Positions 1-7,164 of a stretch of 7,228 bases of DNA are shown here, piece after piece. Numbering within the stretch: the first letter of the stretch is position 1; each line of letters begins with the position of its first letter. The notes beneath the pieces are model-generated. The model did not search any database and was not told the DNA's origin. It saw only the letters and a program-made list of their open reading frames with translations. A program made the translations under genes and the position numbers. This DNA comes from Oopsacas minuta (lineage: Eukaryota > Animalia > Porifera): contig JAKMXF010000190.1 of the NCBI GenBank assembly GCA_024704765.1, positions 1 to 7,228 on the forward strand, read 5' to 3'.

Positions 1-64
1 GTTATAATGCTGGTAACAATTCTATTTTAATTAGAAGAGTTATGCTGTCTTCTTTACAATATTT
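1..64. repeat. Direct repeat, copy 1 (matches 7165..7228)
   Basis: 3..64 is identical to 7167..7228 (62 bp). Over 64 bp the only mismatch is position 2 (t) versus 7166 (c). Confidence 0.97.
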
Positions 65-1222
65 AGCTTCTAATATTTCAGTGTTTGAAATGAATGAATG
101 AGTTCCAAAACCTCTATTTCCCATCTGAGTAGGTCTCTTGAAGCAATCAGGATAATTCTCCAAATATTCCTTATTTACTTGATTAGTGTATTCATAATTA
201 TTATTACGGTTAATGTGATTGAGTAGAATAAACGTATATTTGTATCTGATAGGCCAGTGTAGTTTATCATCATAACCTCCTTTCATGATACAAATGAAAA
301 CACCTACTTTACCTTTATTATAACAATTCCATTCAATATTCCCCTTACACTTGTATAATCCTACATAGAATGGATTACTGTAAGTATCCTCTTTGTTTTC
401 TATCTTCTGTTTAACACCTTTAATCTTCCATTCCAATTGTCCTGTAGACAGAGATGTATGAGAAATGAGTACTTCCATAATTGATTTCAGTTCTGAATCT
501 TTCTTAGTAATTTGTTTCTTTAAATTCTCTATTTTGGTATTTGCTATGTTCAGTTCTTCTTCCAGTAGTTTATGATCTCTAGATGTTTGAAATTGATTTT
601 TTCTGACTTCTGATAACTCTTTGCTCTTACTTTCACACATATTTTCGACTAGTACTATCCTCTGAGTTGCTGTATCAAGTTTGTCTTGCAATAGTTTAGA
701 TGTTTCAACTTGTTTCCGTTTCATATCAGTCATTGATAATCTGTAGTGAATATGCATGAATTCTCTTTCATGAAGATCCATCTTTTTCCTCTCCATCTCC
801 TCTCTGCACCCATAGACCCAATAAGGACACTCTACTTTCTGTAGAGGACACTCATTAGATAGATGGACAAGAACATCTCTCCTTTTCAATTGTCTGGTTC
901 CTTCCTCTCCTCCTATCACACATCTATTAGGACAAGGAACTGGAAAGTGCTCACATATCTCCAAATGAGGATTCATCTCACAGGCCTTCACTTTATTCAT
1001 ACAGAATTCACACAACAGTTGTCTTAATGGACACGAGTCTCTCTGGTGTTGTGCAATCCGTCTCTTTTCAAGTTTCATAACTTTCCCCTTCCTCTCTCCT
1101 ACTAGACAGATACACCCCAGAGGACACAGTACAGGAAAGAACTCACATTCTTCCAGGTGGTGTATTACTGTACTCACTGTGTCACTCCATTCACACCCTC
1201 TCTTCTTTAGGGGACAACTAAT
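2..1222 (-). CDS. TRAF-family (TNF receptor-associated factor-like) protein, terminal exon; 5'-incomplete
   Basis: The frame is open from 1222 to TAA at 4..2. The track's 'M' at 1177 is a GTG (Val), and the frame continues upstream as ISCPLKKRGCEWSDTVSTVIHHLEEC. It has repeated Cys/His TRAF-type zinc fingers (e.g. CPLRQLLCEFC...HLEIC, CPLQKVECPYWVYGC...H), a heptad-rich coiled coil, and a C-terminal MATH/TRAF-C domain (GQLEWKI...YSNPFY...GVFICIMKGGYDDKLHWP...RGFG...DSITLLIKI, about 442..5). No specific orthologue can be assigned. Confidence 0.88.
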   Translation of the reverse strand: MSCPLKKRGCEWSDTVSTVIHHLEECEFFPVLCPLGCICLVGERKGKVMKLEKRRIAQHQRDSCPLRQLLCEFCMNKVKACEMNPHLEICEHFPVPCPNRCVIGGEEGTRQLKRRDVLVHLSNECPLQKVECPYWVYGCREEMERKKMDLHEREFMHIHYRLSMTDMKRKQVETSKLLQDKLDTATQRIVLVENMCESKSKELSEVRKNQFQTSRDHKLLEEELNIANTKIENLKKQITKKDSELKSIMEVLISHTSLSTGQLEWKIKGVKQKIENKEDTYSNPFYVGLYKCKGNIEWNCYNKGKVGVFICIMKGGYDDKLHWPIRYKYTFILLNHINRNNNYEYTNQVNKEYLENYPDCFKRPTQMGNRGFGTHSFISNTEILEAKYCKEDSITLLIKIELLPAL

Positions 1223-1260
1223 CTACAAATAAATAACTCATCTGTAAACACAAACAAACA
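1223..1260 (-). other. Putative intron 3' end (splice acceptor) of the TRAF gene
   Basis: The minus strand reads tgtttgtttgtgtttacag-atgagttatttatttgtag|ATT AGT TGT CCC. This is a T-rich tract ending in TAG exactly where the TRAF frame closes, which gives a phase-0 junction. A second candidate AG (tttacag) lies 19 nt upstream. Confidence 0.6.
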
Positions 1261-1272
1261 CTTGTAAATAAC

Positions 1273-1273
1273 N
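1273..1273. other. Single ambiguous base N (base ambiguity or scaffold join)
   Basis: Seen directly in the context ataac-n-tactat. It is the only N in the window. Confidence 0.95.
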
Positions 1274-1582
1274 TACTATTTATATCTGATTCTGAGTATA
1301 ATGTTATGGGTATATTATAATTATATATTAAGCTAGTTATAATACAACCATAATGATATTATATTGAATATTCAATGCATTGAATTTGCTTATTTCTGTT
1401 ATTATTTATTGCAATTCTTTTGCTATAATAAATATCATAAAATGGAATAATTGTATGACGCAAGCAAGGGGGCATATCCTGGTACTCATTTGCACCCTCC
1501 CATCTTCTATATTTGGGCCTGTTCCTACCCCCCTCTCCCTTATGAAAATTGTTTATCTTAGGTGATTACAAACAACAACAAA
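1274..1582. promoter_or_regulatory. Putative PSTK promoter/5' region, possibly divergent with TRAF
   Basis: This is non-coding sequence between oppositely oriented genes: a very AT-rich block (about 1274-1450) followed by a more GC-rich block with TGACGCAA at 1456-1463. Support is positional only. Confidence 0.4.
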
Positions 1583-2479
1583 ATGGCGTCAAACACAATA
1601 CAAACAAACTCAAGCGTAAAAGTTATTTGTTTACTAATAGGAATTCCAGCTGCTGGGAAAACAACATTCACACGAAACTTCAAAGAATACCTCAAATCTG
1701 TCGATTCTAATTTGGAGATAATTTGTGTCGAATTTGACACCTATCTTCCAAAGGACACCAGATGTGTCGCCACACCTGTTGATGTGTTTGAGTGGCGTAA
1801 ACATCGTGACAACATGAGGACACAAATAGCCACATTCCTGGACACACAAGACACCAGTTCTAATAGTAAAATTTCTGTTCTAATTTTAGATGACACATTT
1901 CATTACAGGAGTATGAGGTATGAATATTATAGATTGGCGCGTGGGCGGGGTTTGGGATTTAAACAGCTGTTTTTTGAAATATCTTTGGAGGACAGTTTGT
2001 GTCGCAATAAGACGCGGGAAAATAAAATACCCGAGGACACAATTTGTAATATTTGGGGGCAATTAGTGAGCCCAATTGTCTCAGGATTGAATTGGGAGCA
2101 GGACACAATTTTGGTTGACACCACTAAGGAATTTCGGTATGATTTGATTGCGACACAATTGGAAATGGCAGCGACAAATATTGTGCCACCACCATGCGAC
2201 ACAAAACAGAAATTAATCGAGAAAGAAGTGTCGCGAAAAGAGACACTATCAAGTGTGCCACATAAATGTGATATTTTTCTGAGAAAAGTGGTTGGTGGCA
2301 TGATTAAAGTGGCTCAAGAAAGTGGCATGGAACGTGAAGAAGTTGTAAAATACGCGGAAAAGTGTAACACAAAGAGAAGAGAGGTGTTAAGGGATTTGAG
2401 TATTCATAAGTGGCATGAAGGAGTGACACAATTTGACCTAGAAGACCTACTCAGACAAATGATGACTCTAGAAGTATGA
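1583..2479 (+). CDS. PSTK: L-seryl-tRNA(Sec) kinase (O-phosphoseryl-tRNA(Sec) kinase), 298 aa, intronless
   Basis: The first ATG is at 1583 in an aaaATGG context (the track start at 1562 is GTG). It has the P-loop LIGIPAAGKTT (GIPAAGKT at 1640-1663), the PSTK-type block LILDDTFHYRSMRYEYYRLAR...GFKQLFFEISLEDSLCRN..R, and the C-terminal HKCDIFLRKVV motif. It ends with TGA at 2477-2479. Confidence 0.9.
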   Translation: MASNTIQTNSSVKVICLLIGIPAAGKTTFTRNFKEYLKSVDSNLEIICVEFDTYLPKDTRCVATPVDVFEWRKHRDNMRTQIATFLDTQDTSSNSKISVLILDDTFHYRSMRYEYYRLARGRGLGFKQLFFEISLEDSLCRNKTRENKIPEDTICNIWGQLVSPIVSGLNWEQDTILVDTTKEFRYDLIATQLEMAATNIVPPPCDTKQKLIEKEVSRKETLSSVPHKCDIFLRKVVGGMIKVAQESGMEREEVVKYAEKCNTKRREVLRDLSIHKWHEGVTQFDLEDLLRQMMTLEV

Positions 2480-2548
2480 CACATTAGGGCTAATTAACAC
2501 CTTTCTGTATCAAACAAAATGACAGAAATATGAGCCCAAAAATGACAT

Positions 2549-2554
2549 AATAAA
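2549..2554 (+). other. Candidate polyadenylation signal AATAAA for PSTK (alternative at 2676-2681)
   Basis: Canonical hexamer 70 nt after the stop codon, in AT-rich DNA. Confidence 0.4.
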
Positions 2555-2586
2555 TGAATATATTTTGTCTTGAGGAGGGGTGTGAA

Positions 2587-2633
2587 AAGCCCCTATGTGA
2601 CCGTTGGTGGGTTCAACGGTCACATAGGGGCTT
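2587..2633. repeat. Perfect 20-bp inverted repeat (hairpin) with 7-nt spacer
   Basis: AAGCCCCTATGTGACCGTTG (2587-2606), then GTGGGTT, then CAACGGTCACATAGGGGCTT (2614-2633). The arms are exact reverse complements. Confidence 0.97.
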
Positions 2634-2700
2634 AGAAATGATCTCATCAGGAGGTCAAGGGGACTATTCATGGCTAATAAAATTATGTATTTATGGTCCC

Positions 2701-2748
2701 TTGAGGGCAACTTGTGTATACCTCATGGGATCATTAAATTGCCCTCAA
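2701..2748. repeat. Perfect 10-bp inverted repeat with 28-nt spacer
   Basis: TTGAGGGCAA (2701-2710) and TTGCCCTCAA (2739-2748). Confidence 0.85.
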
Positions 2749-2815
2749 ACATGTCCTACAGGAGGAATTACTATATCAAGCTGAATTCCTAACTACCAAA
2801 CATGTTACTAGCTAG

Positions 2816-5011
2816 ATGTTATCACTTCTAAGACTGAAACCATCTCTTCATCTGTTAAGGACATTTTCCAGTTTAGAAAGTGAATGGAAGAAATTGGCTG
2901 ATAAATCTCTAAAAGGTGTCAACTCCGACACTTTATTGTGGCACACTGCAGAGGGGGTAACTATTAAACCTGTCTACACAAGTGAGGACACACATAAGGG
3001 GGCTAATGAGATCCCTGGGAGGTTCCCCTTCACCAGGGGGCCGTACCCTACCATGTATACTCAGCGTCCCTGGACCATTCGGCAATACGCCGGGTTTAGT
3101 ACGGTCGAAGAGAGCAATGAATTTTATAAACAGAATCTAGCAGCTGGACAACAGGGACTAAGTGTCGCATTCGACCTCCCGACACATAGAGGGTATGATT
3201 CGGACAATCCCCGTGTGACAGGTGACGTAGGAATGGCAGGAGTGGCAGTGGATAGTGTTGAGGACATGAAACAACTATTTGATAGCATACCTCTCGAAAA
3301 AGTGTCAGTATCCATGACAATGAATGGTGCTGTCCTACCTGTCTTAGGAATGTATATAGTGGCAGCTGAGGAGACTGGCGTACCCATGGGTCAATTATCA
3401 GGTACCATACAGAATGATATCCTAAAGGAGTTTATGGTTAGAAACACCTATATATATCCCCCTGTCCCCTCGATGCGGATAGTAGGTGACATATTTTCAT
3501 TCACCTCACAGAATATGCCTCGATACAACTCAATCTCTATTTCAGGGTATCATATACAGGAGGCAGGGGCTGACGCTGCCCTGGAGCTTGCCCTGACCCT
3601 CGGGGACGGGCTGGAGTACTGTCGGACCGGACGGAAAGCGGGGATAGATATCGACAAGTTCGCTCCGAGATTATCGTTCTTCTTTGGAATTGGAATGAAT
3701 TTCTATATGGAAATAGCTAAACTGAGGGCCGCGAGGAGGCTGTGGTCTCAACTAGTTAGGGATAAGTTCGACACGACTGACACAAAGTCTCTAACCCTAC
3801 GGACACACTGCCAGACCTCAGGATGGTCCCTCACAGCCCAGGACCCGTATAATAACGTCATGAGGACATGTATCGAAGCGATGGCCGCCGTTTTCGGGGG
3901 TACACAATCCCTTCACACAAATTCATTCGATGAAGCTCTAGCACTACCGACACCCTTTAGCGCTAGGATAGCAAGGAATACTCAGATTGTCCTCCAGGAA
4001 GAGACAGGGATAGGACGGGTGGCAGACCCCTGGGGTGGTTCATATTTCATGGAGACGCTAACGGACCAATTATGCGACCGAGCGATGGAGATAATCACTC
4101 GATTCGAGGAAGAAGGGGGGATGGCAGCAGCTGTAACCGCCGGTATACCTAAGCTAATGATTGAGAAGGCCGCGACAGAAAGACAGGCCCGGATTGACTC
4201 AGGAATGGAAATAATTGTAGGTGTTAACAAGCACCAACCAGACAAAGAGGCTCCCCTAGATGTCCTGAGGATAAATAACGAAAATGTTCTAGCTATACAA
4301 TGTGAGAAGTTAGCAACGCTTAGGAGTAAAAGGAACGCTGATAGTGTACAGTCAGCACTTGAAGCACTGACCCGTTGCGCCGAGACTGGAGGGGGGAACT
4401 TGTTGGAACTCAGCGTCGCAGCGGCGAGAGAGAGGTGCACGGTAGGAGAGATATCTATGGCTCTTGAGAAGGTGTGGGGACGACACATAGCGGAAACTAG
4501 CATGGTAACAGGGGCATACAGTAACCAATATGCTGATGAAACCGATATTACAGATGTAAGGGAGAGGGTGAAGGGATTCGCAAAATGGGAGGGGAGAAAC
4601 CCGAGGGTGCTTGTAGCTAAGGTGGGAGAAGACGGACATGATAGAGGTTACAAGGTTATCGCTTCAGGGTTCACTGATCTAGGATTTGACGTGGATATCG
4701 GGCCACTTTTCCAGACACCTGAGGAAGTGGCACAACAGGCAGTGGATGCAGATGTCCACGTGGTTGGTGTCAGTTCACTATCAGCGGGACATAAAGTTCT
4801 AGTTCCACGGCTCATTGAGGAACTGAGGAAACAGGGGAAGGGGGATATATTGGTCCTATGTGGAGGTGTTATACCTCCTCAGGATTACGAACAATTGTAT
4901 CAACAAGGTGTTAGTCTTATATTTGGACCTGGTACTCGCATTCCTGATGCAGCTAACCGTATCCTAGATATTCTGGAGAAGAGAACGAGAAGAGCTAGCG
5001 AATTACAGTAA
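2816..5011 (+). CDS. MMUT: Methylmalonyl-CoA mutase, mitochondrial, adenosylcobalamin-dependent, 731 aa, intronless
   Basis: It has [10 protein letters not shown]...[13 protein letters not shown] (substrate Tyr at 3086-3088), [41 protein letters not shown], the cobalamin-binding DxHxxG (EDGHDRG, 4628-4648) and GGVIPPQDY. The N-terminus [19 protein letters not shown] is Arg/Leu/Ser-rich with no acidic residues, like a mitochondrial presequence. It is collinear with animal MMUT as recalled. Confidence 0.98.
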   Translation: MLSLLRLKPSLHLLRTFSSLESEWKKLADKSLKGVNSDTLLWHTAEGVTIKPVYTSEDTHKGANEIPGRFPFTRGPYPTMYTQRPWTIRQYAGFSTVEESNEFYKQNLAAGQQGLSVAFDLPTHRGYDSDNPRVTGDVGMAGVAVDSVEDMKQLFDSIPLEKVSVSMTMNGAVLPVLGMYIVAAEETGVPMGQLSGTIQNDILKEFMVRNTYIYPPVPSMRIVGDIFSFTSQNMPRYNSISISGYHIQEAGADAALELALTLGDGLEYCRTGRKAGIDIDKFAPRLSFFFGIGMNFYMEIAKLRAARRLWSQLVRDKFDTTDTKSLTLRTHCQTSGWSLTAQDPYNNVMRTCIEAMAAVFGGTQSLHTNSFDEALALPTPFSARIARNTQIVLQEETGIGRVADPWGGSYFMETLTDQLCDRAMEIITRFEEEGGMAAAVTAGIPKLMIEKAATERQARIDSGMEIIVGVNKHQPDKEAPLDVLRINNENVLAIQCEKLATLRSKRNADSVQSALEALTRCAETGGGNLLELSVAAARERCTVGEISMALEKVWGRHIAETSMVTGAYSNQYADETDITDVRERVKGFAKWEGRNPRVLVAKVGEDGHDRGYKVIASGFTDLGFDVDIGPLFQTPEEVAQQAVDADVHVVGVSSLSAGHKVLVPRLIEELRKQGKGDILVLCGGVIPPQDYEQLYQQGVSLIFGPGTRIPDAANRILDILEKRTRRASELQ

Positions 5012-5019
5012 TTTAAGTT

Positions 5020-5043
5020 GTTTGTTTGTTTGTTTGTTTGTTT
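5020..5043. repeat. (GTTT)6 microsatellite decaying into ATTT units
   Basis: Six exact GTTT units start 9 nt after the MMUT stop, followed by atttattc...gtttgttt. Confidence 0.9.
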
Positions 5044-5138
5044 ATTTATTCTATGTTTGTTTATTGAAATAATATCGTATTTACTATCATATTCGCTTGG
5101 AAAAGAAGAGAAATACAAATAGACAAAAGTAAAAATTA

Positions 5139-5144
5139 TTTATT
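5139..5144 (-). other. Candidate polyadenylation signal AATAAA for SGPL1 (others at 5060-5065, 5045-5050, 5041-5046)
   Basis: TTTATT on the + strand, about 50 nt downstream of the SGPL1 stop. Confidence 0.4.
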
Positions 5145-5194
5145 AGAAATAATTTGATAAATAGTTCATATGAATAATCCTATAACAATAACAG

Positions 5195-6916
5195 CTAAAT
5201 AAGATCCAATATGGCATCAGTGTACTTGCTCATACTATCTGCTACTAATCTCCTATCTGGTATCTTAGCAGCTGTGCCATAAATACCCGCCATCCCCTCC
5301 TTATCTTTGCCACCCTTCTTGGCGAGGTTCACAGATTTCTTCAAGTCACGGATAAATAACTTTGGTACATCTTTGTTGATATGGACAGAAGTGAATGCCA
5401 TGTGTATGCCAGGTGGGAACTGGTTATTGTTCACGTGCCATCCACTCTTAGCCATCTGATCGGACACATTATATATATCCAACACGTCACTACCGAATGA
5501 CACAACCGACAATTTGGGCTCACCGAATATGAACAATTCTGGGATTTTCCTGACCTCCTTTTCGACAGCTTTTCTCACCTCGACAATCCCCTTGGTCTTC
5601 TCAATGTACCCCTGACACCCTGTGTATACCATGGTAGCCCAGGTACTGGCTAGAATAGACCCATTCCTAGACCCAGGGAGACCAGGGGAGCAGTACAGCC
5701 CTCCGGTGAACTCGGTGTCCTGGAAATATTGGTTCGCCCTCAGCTCTTTAGTCCTATACATAATTACAGAGGAACCTTTCGGTCCGTTACCGTATTTATG
5801 AGTGTCACAGGAAATTGAGGTCACTCCCTCCAGACGGAAGTCCACCAGGGGGATAGGGTGTCCAGCGTCCTCCATGAATGGGATCATGAGGCTCCCGAGA
5901 CAACAATCCACATGCACTCCTATTTTATACTTCACACCTAATTTTGCAATCTCCTCAACAGGGTCAATGATACCATGGGGGTAACTGGGTGCTGACGCGA
6001 TTAATGCAACGGTGTTACGATTTATAGCACTCTCGTAGGCCCGTACATCTGCCCTGTAGTCAGGACCAACTTTAAATCTAACAGGACGCAAACCGAAATA
6101 GCTGGACGCCTTCATGAACGCCGGGTGAGTCGATCGGGACAGGATTATTTCTGGGAAATCGATCCCTTTCTTGTAGCCCAATTCCCTGTAGGCCTTCATG
6201 GCCATTAGTATACTCACAGTGCCACCTGAAGTGGTCACACCACATCCTTCCTCCCCGTGGAAGAGGTGAAGACACATCGACACAATTTCAGTTTCCATTT
6301 TCCTCACACCCGGGAAAACATCTGGATGCAGAGGGTTAGTCTCATAAAATAATTTATAAACATTTTCCATCAATTGTTTGTGTTCCTTGTCGTAAATATA
6401 AACAGTTCCTGACACCTTCCCACTGTTCCAATCCCACTCACCAATACTCGCGTGATTCTCACATTCCTTAAGCACATTCTCGTAACCAAGGCCCTTATAT
6501 GGCATTTTGGGTCGGTGTGTGGGAGCATTTTTAATGACCGCGCTCTTTTTGATCTCATCATCCGTTTTCTGAATTTCACTTTTGATTTTACTCTTAATAA
6601 TCGGAGCCTTTCCAATTATGGAGAAAAAGGTGTCAATAAGTCTCTGTTTTGGCGGGAGTCTTTTGTGGAAAATGAAATTATAAGAATTGTGGTAGAAATA
6701 TGATAAAATAGCTGTTATGAGAATTACACGCCAGCTGGCCACTTTAGAGATGGCTTCATTCCATGGAGATATGAGTATGACAATGCTGTTTACTTGTTTG
6801 TTAATTATTTCGTTGTTGATTATTAAGTTTGTGACGGGAGACAAGTACTGTAAGAACCAATTGGGATATAATGATATCCATAGGAGTAGAAGTGATGTAT
6901 ATATGATATAGTTCAT
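5195..6916 (-). CDS. SGPL1: Sphingosine-1-phosphate lyase (PLP-dependent, group II decarboxylase fold), 573 aa, apparently intronless
   Basis: The first ATG is at 6916 (the track start at 6988 is TTG) and the stop is TAG at 5197..5195. Motifs are GKVSGTVY, NPLHPDVFPGVRKMETEIVSM, TSGGTVSILMAMKAYR, PHGIIDPVEEI, HVDCCLG, the PLP-lysine motif SISCDTHKYG (Lys at 5797..5795), GSRNG, and the C-terminal GMAGIYG. It has an N-terminal membrane segment. The exact start codon is less certain than the identity. Confidence 0.95.
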   Translation of the reverse strand: MNYIIYTSLLLLWISLYPNWFLQYLSPVTNLIINNEIINKQVNSIVILISPWNEAISKVASWRVILITAILSYFYHNSYNFIFHKRLPPKQRLIDTFFSIIGKAPIIKSKIKSEIQKTDDEIKKSAVIKNAPTHRPKMPYKGLGYENVLKECENHASIGEWDWNSGKVSGTVYIYDKEHKQLMENVYKLFYETNPLHPDVFPGVRKMETEIVSMCLHLFHGEEGCGVTTSGGTVSILMAMKAYRELGYKKGIDFPEIILSRSTHPAFMKASSYFGLRPVRFKVGPDYRADVRAYESAINRNTVALIASAPSYPHGIIDPVEEIAKLGVKYKIGVHVDCCLGSLMIPFMEDAGHPIPLVDFRLEGVTSISCDTHKYGNGPKGSSVIMYRTKELRANQYFQDTEFTGGLYCSPGLPGSRNGSILASTWATMVYTGCQGYIEKTKGIVEVRKAVEKEVRKIPELFIFGEPKLSVVSFGSDVLDIYNVSDQMAKSGWHVNNNQFPPGIHMAFTSVHINKDVPKLFIRDLKKSVNLAKKGGKDKEGMAGIYGTAAKIPDRRLVADSMSKYTDAILDLI

Positions 6917-7164
6917 TTCACACCTTAAGAAAGAATCTAGAATGTTATGCAGCAAAAATGAAATAATCACACCGGTTAATCGGGTCAATACGGAGCTTAG
7001 AAGCTACAAACTAAGAAGATTGGTTACTGTTGAAAGTGTTTAATAACAAAAGAATATTAAGAAAAGAAAATAGGAAATATTAGTTGGAAATAATGGAAAT
7101 AATCAATAAACTAATAAACAGGGAAATATGTTCTGAGTAAATAGTAAACAAAAATACAAATAAA

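Noticed and set aside
1380-1565. Small intergenic ORFs (1380..1565, 2510..2710, 2554..2784)
   Set aside because: They are 61-76 aa with no motifs, and they overlap AT-rich or hairpin-rich non-coding sequence.
2477-2570. PSTK terminal TGA as selenocysteine, with a SECIS in the 3' UTR
   Set aside because: Readthrough adds only U-HIRAN-stop, with no redox motif. None of the downstream stems has a convincing AUGA/GA quartet with a proper helix and apical AA, and PSTK is not a known selenoprotein. A SECISearch run would settle it.
2587-2633. Rho-independent terminator or CRISPR repeat
   Set aside because: The context is eukaryotic, there is no U-tract, and there is a single copy with no repeat-spacer array.
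2580-2815. Cobalamin riboswitch upstream of the B12-dependent mutase
   Set aside because: There is no recognisable B12 box or core consensus, and cobalamin riboswitches are not established in eukaryotes.
2816-5011. Horizontally acquired bacterial mutase, or a mutase of different specificity
   Set aside because: It has a mitochondrial-type presequence and close collinearity with animal MMUT. RQYAGF keeps the Tyr, whereas isobutyryl-CoA mutase has Phe.
3096-6911. Short antisense or overlapping ORFs in the track (e.g. 3982..4503, 3124..3387, 4352..4639, 6452..6703; also 1927..2301, 1634..1849)
   Set aside because: They are shadows of real CDSs, have no recognisable domains, and several use non-ATG starts.
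1583-6916. Functional cluster of trace-nutrient genes (selenium, B12, B6)
   Set aside because: The three enzymes share no pathway and differ in orientation and compartment. Adjacency is adequately explained by genome compaction.
6915-6925. T-box-like site TTTCACACCT overlapping the SGPL1 ATG (similar GGTGTGAAA near 2579)
   Set aside because: These are isolated short matches with no independent support, and a few are expected by chance.
6917-6988. TTG-initiated N-terminal extension of SGPL1, and GTG starts for PSTK (1562) and TRAF (1177)
   Set aside because: These come from bacterial-style start calling. PSTK and SGPL1 have downstream ATGs in good context, and TRAF is better explained by splicing.
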